Positions 25,481-35,629 of a DNA stretch of 64,000 bases are shown piece by piece. This DNA comes from Podarcis vaucheri. Its lineage: Eukaryota. Location of the stretch: NCBI GenBank assembly GCA_965113315.1, contig OZ220363.1; one strand, written 5' to 3'. A model generated the notes under the pieces. That model worked only from the letters and a program-made list of their open reading frames with translations, made no database searches and was not told the DNA's origin. Each line of letters starts with the position of its first letter. Position 1 is the first letter of the stretch. Position numbers and translations under genes: made by a program.

Positions 25481-28127
25481 AACCTGAAAACCATCTACAT
25501 CTGTGTTGGTACAGAGAGGTAATGAGCTCTCCTCCCTCCATGCACAAGAAGAGAAGTAACTGTGATCTTTCAAAACCAACATTTGCTGCCAGTAGCCCTC
25601 CTGCATTATGAAGGGAACATCCAGCCCACCCCTGTCTCTGCCTAGGAGATCAGGACAGCTTGGTTTCCTTGGGCAAATCCCATTGATATACACATGTAGT
25701 AGATGCCAAATGGTCTAGATATGGGGTGGGGTAAATACCCTTTTAAGTGTGGCACAAACATATGCACACACAAAAAAGATCCAACGGACAATTTTGAGAG
25801 ACCTTATTAAGAGGTTTATGTAGGCAAAAATGAAAAGGTCCATGAAAGAAATTAAAGCAACAAACAGAATGGGCACATGCCTCAAGCAAAGGAGCTTAAG
25901 ATCTTTGGGAAATGGGGGTCCTCAAAGTGGTAGCTGCCACTGGAGTTGTTCCTGCTTTTAACTCAGGTGAAATATGACCTCTTTACTTGAACATAATGGA
26001 TGACTGGAATAATGTTAAAGTGTTAAAGGAATTTTGCTTTGAAAAATACAAATTTTATAGAGACTGCATTTTGATAAAGTACAGAGTCTTTTAAAAGTAC
26101 GTACAATTAATGATTCACTTTTCTCTAACCCCCCATATTGATATAGCAATGGAACTGTCTTTTCAACATATTGACAGTAGTAAAGAATTTGACATATTTT
26201 TCATGAGAGGCTTATTGTTTAAACTGAACTGAATATATTATCCCCCCGCCTTTTTTCCCTTTCTTTTTTACACCACAGTACTTCTGTCATGGTGCTCTTA
26301 GCACCTAAAGGTCTTAACATTATCACAAATGAGAATGCTCTGCATTTGCAGCTGACATGTTCTTAAACCCTGTCAAAAGCATTCTTTAAATAATGCATCA
26401 GCATGTGTTTGTGATGCTGGCTTTGTACATACACTCTGACTATTATAAGTGAGGGTTTGTTGTCAATGGCACCAGGCACAGCTTCCAGCTTGTCAAATAT
26501 CAGTTATGTGACACTGTCACTTAATGACAGCCACCCCTAAACGAAAGGATGCACAGTTGCTCACAGCTTACTTATATCGAGGAAGGGGTGAAATTCACAC
26601 ATTATTTGACCACCTCCAGCACACCTCCACTGAAATACTGATAGTGGGCTTTGGTAATGGGGAGTATTGAAGCCTCCAGCTCTGTTCTGTAGACTCTGCT
26701 ATGTTTGGCGCTGAAACCAGTGGCATCATAAAAGTTGAATGTGAACAAATCTAGAGAGAGGAAATTTAGATGGATTGAAACTTTAATCACAGAAACTGTG
26801 CTTCTACAGACCTGTTCTGGGTGCAAATATTTTCCTTTCAGCAAACAACACACCTTGCTCTAGTTACATGGAAAGGGGGTCCCATTTATCAGTGTGATTA
26901 TTCTTCATGAGCTCCTGTATTGTGGGTTATTATGAGAGAGAGAAAAATATTATCTGATAGGCTTGAAATGTACTTGTTGTTTATTGTAATCCAGTGTCCT
27001 TTGGTGAACTCATCTGTTCTCTCATCTTCCTTCACTGCTGCTGCCTTCAGGGCAAACCCTCCTTCAAGTCTTCCCATCTGCATTGCCTGTGTATCATCTC
27101 TTATTCCCCCGAAATTTCTTGAATCTGGTGCATCTTATCAAATGGAGGTGGTGGCCACAGGAGGTGACAAAGGAGTCGGGCCGGCACAGAGGAGGTGGCA
27201 GTGGTTGCAGGAGGAAGCATTTTCAATTTTGCCTGAAGCAGCAAAATGTCCTGGACTGGCCCTGACAATTATAGTGAATTTCATGAAGTATTTAGCCTAG
27301 AACTGAAAGTTTTGTTTTCTGGCTGGGGCATTCTCGTTGTGTTGAAGTAAATTCAACATCCAATTTGTTGTGCTGAACTTGGTCAAAATTTCAGATATTT
27401 TTAGGTAGGAAGCCTGGAAGGCTCAGGTTTGAGCAACATGCAAAACTACCAGCTCTTTATAGGACAGTATACAAGACACTATTAGCTTTATTGACAAGAG
27501 GAAGCTGTGTTGCACAACTTCTTTCACTATGATGTTAGCAGTTTAGAAAAGGAGTGTTAAAAGCACTTGCTCCTTGCCTTAACATCATACAGGGCTTTTC
27601 TTCATGGGTCCAAATGAAATTTTGCATAGATTTTTATTTTTATGTTCTGCATTCCAAAGACTCTGGGCATGTGGCAGGTTTGCAATATATTTAGCTAGTT
27701 AATTCAGTTCAGTGTGGGTTTGTCAACTTTCCTCATATCTCTGTTTTCTGGCTATATAAATCTCATTGGATTGTTCTGTTGCAGCTGCAGCTCATACTTG
27801 TCTATATTTAGAGGTTTGTCTATTTCAGAGTTTCAAGACCAGCCAGGCTTCTCTATATGTATGACAGAGAGGGGGGGGGAGAGGCAAGGCCCACCAACTT
27901 CCCTTGGTCACTCTTCCCGCCCTTAATTTCTAAACACAGTGCCCTCAGGTCTGTAGGCCTCATTTTGTAAACTGTTCTCTCTCAGTGCTGCAGACCTTGT
28001 CATTTAAACTTGTGGTGGGGAGGCCATCTTTCCCAGTTCCCATCATTTTTGAGCACTGACTGTGTTTGCTTGGGGTTGATGGGAGCTGGACTAAAGAACC
28101 TCCCCTCAGGGATGTAGGCCTCATTTG

Positions 28128-28467
28128 CAGGGACGCGGACTTATAAAAAATATTGGGGGGGCCCGGGAAAGCTCATGAATAATAAATAAGCTCATGAATA
28201 TGCAAATAAAGTGGCGCCACCTCGTGAGCGAATAGGGGAGAGCGTGCTGCGCCTATTAATCAGCTCCGAAGGAAATTGGGTGGAGCTTTTGCTCGGGAGG
28301 GAGGGCAGGAGGCATGCAGCCCGACCCTGTGCATTTTGGGCTGGGGGAGGGGCGGTGATGGCCCTCTGCTGGAGGGGCGCTGGAGATTATTGGGGGGGCG
28401 GAGCCCCCCCAAACGAATTTTTGAGGGGGCTCGGGCCCCCTCAAGCCCCATGGAGTCGGCGCCTATG
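28128..28467. mobile_element. hAT-type MITE (340 bp), GC-rich
   Basis: Exact 8-bp TSD CTCATTTG at 28120-28127 and 28468-28475. Imperfect TIRs CAGGGACGCGGACT and AGTCGGCGCCTATG match at 10 of 14 positions. Confidence 0.85.
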
Positions 28468-29247
28468 CTCATTTGCTAAATGTGCTTCTTTAGGGCCATA
28501 GGCATAGGAGGCCCAGCATGGATAGCCCTTCTATACCTCTTGGGGATATTCAGCTTTTGTTTTCATAAAAAGTGCTTTCATTTGTAAGCGATACAAATAA
28601 CACAATGTGGTCAATACTCAGTCCAGTTGTTTACTAACATTAGTGAGAAGTACTAGGCCCTTGTTTGTAAAGTTTTCCAAAATTATATAATGCAATTAAG
28701 TAACTTTAAATGCATGACTGCCCCGAGATGAAATTTAGAATCCTTTTAAATATAAAATCCTTTCAAAACAGCCAAAATAAAAAGGGTTGCAGCCAAACAA
28801 GGCATTCTTGAATTGGACCCAATGAAATCAATGGGCTTCACTAACTTAAATCCACTGTTTTCAATGCAGTACGATTAGGTAGATACAACCCTAATGTAAA
28901 TTATGCCAGTCTGCTCCATTTATAAAACTTGCTTCAGCCCTAGAATATGATTTTTTTAAAGTGCAGAATTATTTTAAAACAACACTTATGTATAAAAGAT
29001 CATGGAACTTGCCTCTTATGTTTTTTTCTGTGCTCCAGCAACCTGTGTGTGTATTTAAGGCCTATCTGGACACAAAAGTTGTTGAGCTTTATATATATAT
29101 ATATAGAGAGAGAGAGAGGATCCCGGGTATGTCCCTGGACAACCCTACCCTATGGTTGAAAATGGAAGTCAAAGAATTGAGCACAATTTGTTAAAAAGTC
29201 AACAGTGAACAAATCTCAAATAAACTCTGACTAAACATCAATAAGTG

Positions 29248-29390
29248 CTTTCTGACAATAAGAGCTGTTCTCCAGCGGAATGGACTACTTTGGAAGGTGG
29301 TTGGCTCTCCTTCATTGGAGGTTTTTAAGCAGGTGTTGGGTGGTCATCTGTCATGAATACTTTAGTTGAGATTTGCATTGCAGGGTGTGA
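29248..29390 (+). mobile_element. CR1 3' fragment
   Basis: tttctgacaataagagctgtt...ggaggtttttaagcag...gcattgcaggg aligns by eye with 46212-46350. Confidence 0.75.
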
Positions 29391-29639
29391 CTCGGTAGAA
29401 AATTCTACATAGTTCATTACAGAATGAGTGGAAATTGCATAAGAGAAGGAGATGGAAATTGCATCTTCATAGTGCCTTATGCCCTAATTATAGAAAGTCA
29501 TAATACAGTACAGAGCAGTATTTTAGACTTGGTCTGGTAGAACGCTGATACAAAAAATGCCAACATGTAAGCTCTTTTCATTTCAGTGCAACTGACTTCC
29601 AAACAAGGATGTATGAGGCCTCGGCAAAGTCTCTCATGT

Positions 29640-30265
29640 AGGTAATTTTCAAACAGGAAGTTGACAAAGCAGGATCATTAACAGCGGCACATTAAGCTTG
29701 CCAGAAGTGCAACACCAAAAACCTAATGTTATACGCAAATGTAAACTAGATGCAGTAGTTAGAGCTGTAATTCAAGAGCTAATTAGATGGCAAAAGGCAG
29801 CAGAACCAAGCATCTGCCTCCAACATGCCCAAGTAAATTTCTGCAAGACTTTTTATTTTCTACAGAAAACAGAGGAAAAGGAAGTTGGTTCAGACTCCAG
29901 CTAGTTTAATTCCTCCTCGTATTTCCTTTTCAACTGCTTTGCTGATCTTCTGAAAGTCTGCTTGTCTACTTGAAGTAACTTTAAGTAATTTTCATGCTAG
30001 AGCATTTGCCTGTTATACTCTTCAGTTTCTTCCTATGTATGAAACTGCATGTATGACTTGCTGTGGGGGTGCTTAACTCCCTTTAACAGGAAGTGGTTAC
30101 ATCGTGCTTTCCTCTTTGCTTTCTTTCTGTTGCTTCAGGGGAAGAGAGATTTGTGTAGCTTTCAGATACGTAACTGCTTCATGTTTTCCATTTGCTTTTT
30201 AGAAGCTACCGGTGGATGTTGGTACAGTGGATAAGAACGTCATGTGTAGCAAACTGTAGGTAAGG
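29640..30265 (+). promoter_or_regulatory. Candidate ARHGAP15 promoter and non-coding first exon ending at 30259
   Basis: Three ETS cores: ACAGGAAGT at 29653, AAGGAAGTT near 29878 and ACAGGAAGTGGTT at 30086. Donor TAG|GTAAGG at 30259/30260. The acceptor at 34358 requires an upstream exon. Confidence 0.5.
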
Positions 30266-33200
30266 AAACTTCATTTATTTCTGAAGTCTTACATACAACC
30301 TGTTGCTAGATGTGCATGATAAAATAAGCACAGTACATGGATGGGGAGAGAAACAAATTGCTTTGCATTGTTATGTTAAATGTAGTAGAAAATACACCAA
30401 CAACTTATTCAATGGAGCCTCCAACATAGATATATAATGTGAGAAAGGGTCCAGATACTGGCATCTGTATTTGCACTGGGAGCACAAACAATAATAACTT
30501 TTATATTTTCAAGGGCTTAACTGGTTTTGTCAAAAAGTGTATGCCAGCTTTGGTGTGTCACTTCTTACAGAAATGTGGTCAGCAAATGGTTTTGATTGAG
30601 AAAGGTATGGCGAGTATAGGGACAGTGAAATAATGAAGAAGTTAAAAGATGTTACGGCATGATGATAAAGCCACATTAGCAAATTTTGGTAAGAAGTCCC
30701 ACTGCTGAAGTATAGCAGCAATAGTAATAAACAGTGGGAATGCTAGTAAAAATAGTATCCTGTGGGCATATCATTAAGAATGAAAAACGTGCTCAGCTAC
30801 AGTATCGCGTGTGCACTAAAAATCAGTGGTGGAGCCATATCAGCAGTAATGAAAGTTAGGAGATTTCTCCAAACGCTAATGCAAAAAATGTCCAACAGAG
30901 GCAGAGAGAGCACAAACCAGCTCTGCTCTACAATGCTTATGGAGAGACAGAGAGGAAACTGCTGCCTTCTGCATCATTAACTGGAACCCCAGAGTTACAA
31001 ATTCTTGAGCAATGGATAGTTGTTGTTTTCCTGAAAAGTTTGTATCTCTGAAAGTTCTCCTTTCCAGATGTCTTTCTGCCATTTCCCTTACCTCCCCACA
31101 CCCTCAGAGGGGATGCAGCCACCCCTCTATCTTCTCCTCAGCTTTCTCCAGAGCCACCCCCCATATCAAGCCCTAATATCTTACTGAAAAGACTTTCCCC
31201 TGTAGTTCCTCAGTAATTTGGTAGTAACAGTAGCTTCCTGCAATGAAGATTATGTGGCTTTTGCTTGACTGCAGAGTATATGCACAGTGAAAGTCAAATT
31301 CTAAAGTTACATCTTAAAACGTACAGATGAGTCTTACAAGTCACACCAGTCTCCCTTTACCCTGTTCTTCAAATCCTTACACAAGAAACTGCTTTTACTA
31401 GGCCATACTATCAGTCCATCTAGCACATTACTGTCTACATTATATTGCAGCAGCTCTCCTGGGTCTGAGCTCTTTCACTTCACTTGCTACCTGATCACTC
31501 CCTGCTCCCCTTGCCATTCTTAGTGGAATAGCAGGTATGCATTCCACCCCTTCACCATTCTCAAAACAAAAAGTGTGATGCAGAACTTATATGTATGAAG
31601 ACAAGATAAAGTCACACAGTTCTTCCCCTTTAAAGGGGGTGAGGGAGAGATCAATATAACTTGGGTTTCCACATCTGAGTCTAAATTTGCTGGATCCCCT
31701 CACATGTGTGTAGGTTACAAAAGGAGATGGTCTATGAATCCTTTCTTCACAAACTCAGAACCTAAGGTGTACTGCCAGCTTAGTAAGTGTATATAAATAG
31801 AGCCTCTGAAAATATGTGCAAATTTCCCATGAGAATTACAATAGAAACCACAGCCTCTGCAAAGAGGATCGTACCAAGTGAGATAACAGAAGCAGACCTT
31901 CCTTCTATGCTTCAGCAATATTCTTTGCATATTTATTGTACCTACATACTCCCTCCAGCACTGAGAGTTTATCTTTAGAAAGTTTTTTAAAGATAAAAAC
32001 TAATGACAGCTGTATGCCCCATCATGCTTTGAGTGGGCAACAAAACAAATTAGAAAATGAATGTGAATATTGATGGATTTATAAAATCACTTTAGCTAGT
32101 AGAACACTGGTCAGCAACTAGGGGGGCCACTTTGAGGATCAGATTATAGGTGGTGGACACGGTCTTACGGCCCATTGCCAATCCATATACTTGTGTGGGT
32201 GTTTCCATCACCCAAGTTTAGCCCCCAATTTATCCAAGTCAATGGACCTCAGGTACTGAAAATGGGAAAGGCCTTTGCCTGAGATCTTTGTAAGGTGTTT
32301 CCAGTCAGAATTAAACTATTACTCCAGTCCAGCCCAGTGCTGTCAAACTCAACATAATTGAGCTTCATGTTTTCAGAAGAAGTGGAACCACGCTTGAGCT
32401 ATGCAGATGGTAAGACCCGATTCTCAGTGGCTAGATTCACCAGTTTCAGGAACAGCCTTACCATTATGCTGGTGTCTGGGGAAGGAGGTTTTTGCATACC
32501 ATTAAAAACGATCACATTGCCAGTTATTTAGTTTGTTATACTTTAGCACCATGAGGTGGAGCGCTGTTTGCATTTTCTGCGTCAGATTCCAAAGTCTCTT
32601 TGGCCATCTCTATTTGGGAATCAGGTTTGCAGTTCACTCCCATATAAGCAAATAGATAGCTGCCGTTTACTTCTGTGGTAAAATGTAGGGCACACGGGGA
32701 CACTGTTGTGACAGAAGCACAATCTCATCCAGGGAGGATCAATGTGTGTCTGTAGAATAAATGCACATAATGTGAAAGCATGGTTTATCGGAAGGAGGAA
32801 AGAGCCAGAGGAAGGTTTCAGGCTCGTGTGCTTCTCTCCTCTCACCCGTCTGCCACTCCTCCTGTCGCATGGCTGGGAGAAGGACCTCAGTTTCACTCTC
32901 CACTAATTTGAACAAACTGGAGATTGTGGCTTAAAACAAAGGCCTGATTCTCATGCAACACTGTGGCTTAGCGTGATTTGGATGGTGGATTAGTGTTATG
33001 TATGAACCGGGCCATAGAAATGTGCTGCATCTACAGAGGTCATTGCCATAGAGAAGTCCATCATAATGGTAGTAACCATAATGGCAAATACAAATAACAG
33101 CTGCTTACTAGAAAATGAATAGCAGTTCAATAGCAAGATTAAAAGCCATTATGGGATGTTTGTGCAGACTGTCATAAGACATAACATTTGATATTTAGGA

Positions 33201-34373
33201 CCTTTTGGGGTGTTTACATTCAAGCAGCAGAAATTAAGGCCTACTCAGAGGAAGAATCAGGATGCAGTATGGCTTGCACCTTCTATTTGCTTTATGTTTA
33301 GATACACATATCACATGAAAAACAGCTGATGCAGACAGATACTTCCTAGCAAATATTTGGCAAATGCTGCTCTGCATTTCATCCGGAAGATGGCATTCTT
33401 TGCATCAAAGTGCCTATACTTCCCACAGCTCTTAGGCTTTCCTTAAAGATTTCCCACCTAAGCACAAATTTGGCCTGACAGCCCTATAGTTATGAGATAT
33501 GGCAGATTTAATAATAGCCCAAGGTCCCAAGTACGAAAAAATATCATGTTACAATTTAAGTAAAATGGATGAAGCTTTGAGAATGTGTTCTCTTTCTGAA
33601 ACTAGATAAGCATGTTTAGTGTTTTAAAAGCACTGAACGATGTCTGAAAACGTGGCTAATATTTGAGTGGAAAATATATGCATTAGCAGCACCTTGACAT
33701 GTAGCCAAAGAGTTGCATAGTTTGGTGACATCTCTACCAGTGACCTTGATGTCTGATGCTGACCCCTCCACCCTAATGCAATAACAACATATTTGCCTCT
33801 ACTTTGCTCTAGACTGTAATTAGTTCCATAACCATCTACCTATTTTAGCCGGCATATAAGAGGTTTTATGGGGTGCATTTTGAAACATAATATATGAAGC
33901 AGGCGTGCATGCAACGTCCTCCGCTGGTCTTTCTGGCATAATCAACAAAGGCCAAGCACTTCACTTTTAGCCTGTGAGCAAACTTGAGATATGTTTCTCA
34001 GATGTGAACATGGGAAGACCAAAGGCAAACTGTAAGGCCTGCCAGCTGGATGTACTGGAAAGGTTACTGAAAGATTACACAACAGAAGAGTGGCCTTTGA
34101 GATAAAGATAATCTTTTATGTAAACTTCGCTCTTGGATGAGTTGGTGAGTAATAAGGTGCCCTAGATTATTGATTCTACTGATAGATTTTAAGAGATACT
34201 CAGCTGGTTTCACTATTATTTTTCCTTATTACCTAAACTGGAATAAAACCTGGATTAATACACAGTGTGTTTAACATTGTCTTCTTACTGACTAAGATGG
34301 AATAAAATCTAGATTAGTGCATGGTGTGTCTGACCTTACTGGCTATTATATTTTTCAGGTTGACATAATAATC

Positions 34374-34538
34374 ATGCAGCGGTTCATGTCTGCTGATACC
34401 AGTGCAGAAAAGCTGCATCATTCCCATGAAAGCACAGGTGCTGTTCAGATGAGGATCAAAAATGCCAACAGCCCCCATGACAGACACAGCCAAAGCAAAT
34501 CTATGATACTGTCTGATAATGTGAAAGTCATTGAGCCC
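34374..34538 (+). CDS. ARHGAP15: Rho GTPase-activating protein 15, first coding exon (exon 34359-34538 with 15 nt of 5' UTR), MQRFMSADTSAEKLHHSHESTGAVQMRIKNANSPHDRHSQSKSMILSDNVKVIEP
   Basis: Acceptor tttttcag ends at 34358 and donor gtaagt starts at 34539 (55 codons). TGAVQMRIKNANS.HDR.SQSKSMIL matches the human ARHGAP15 N-terminus. Lies downstream of KYNU as in human. Confidence 0.95.
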
Positions 34539-34590
34539 GTAAGTACTGCTCTACAATAATTTTCTGTGTCCACTCATTGGTTTTGTTATA

Positions 34591-34832
34591 CAGTGGTACC
34601 TCTGGTTAAGAACTTAATTTGTTCCGGAGGTCCATTCTTAACCTGAAACTGTTCTTAACCTGAGGTACCACTTTAGCTAATGGGGCCTCCTACTGCTGCT
34701 GTGCCGCCACCGTGCGATTTCTGTTCTCATCCTGAAGTAAAGTTCTTAACCCGAGGTACTACTTCCAGGTTAGCGTAGTCTGTAACCTGAAACGTTTGTA
34801 ACTTGAAGTGTTTGTAACCCGAGGTACCACTG
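34591..34832. mobile_element. Tigger/pogo-like MITE, family B (242 bp), 52 bp after the ARHGAP15 coding exon
   Basis: TA|CAGTGGTACCTC ... GAGGTACCACTG|TA, in the same orientation as the copies at 20425 and 23598. Confidence 0.93.
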
Positions 34833-35358
34833 TATATATTTTGCATTTTTTGAAGTCTTCTGAAACTAATTAGATTACCTTCTCCAGTATAGAGAGGACT
34901 AGAGTATCAGGAAACATTGCCAGAGACACCAGAAAACCATTAATAAGCCACTGTTTCATACCACTGAAATTTGTCCTTCACCCTTGCAGAGGTTAGCAAC
35001 AGCATGGCGGTCACACCTTATCAAACAGTTATATGCCTATTAGAATTGAGTCATTACTGGCTCCCTCACCTACAGATCACTTTCTCCTAATCCTTTCCAA
35101 AACACAAGCTCTGGGGTGTGTTCTGCCATATGTGTTGGACCTGATATAATTTGAGACAAGCCCATAATTACATTGGCAGCCATGGGGTGCCACATCTCTT
35201 CAGAAAAGCTTGCACGGACATGTGTGTTGAAGGCCCCCAAGACCAAAAACCTTGTGGTTCCTCAACACCATTCCTGTCTTAAGTTCCTTACACCAGATAC
35301 AGACACTACAATTATTGATGAGTGGACAAAGTATCTGATGAGGGAGATGATATATTTA

Positions 35359-35629
35359 CAGTGGTACCTCGCAAGACGAATGCCTCCCAAGACAAAAAAC
35401 GCGCAAGACGAAAGAGTTTTCCGTTTTTTGAGTCGTTCCGCAAGACGAATTTCCCTATGGGCTTGCTTCGCAAGACGAAACGTCTTGCGAGTTCTTGCGA
35501 GTTTGTTTCCTTTTTCTTAAAGCCGCTAAGCCGTTAATAGCCGCTAATAGCCGTGCTTCGCAAGACAAAAAAAACGCAAGACGAAGAGACTCGCGGAACG
35601 GATTAATTTCGTCTTGCGAGGCACCACTG
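35359..35629. mobile_element. Tigger/pogo-like MITE, family C (GCAAGACGAA repeats), young
   Basis: TA|CAGTGGTACCTCGCAAGACGAA ... TTCGTCTTGCGAGGCACCACTG|TA. Many CpGs are intact. Confidence 0.92.

Noticed and set aside
35359-35629. Spaced repeats that look superficially like a CRISPR array
   Set aside because: The context is eukaryotic, the 10-bp repeats are irregularly spaced inside TIRs, and no cas genes are present.
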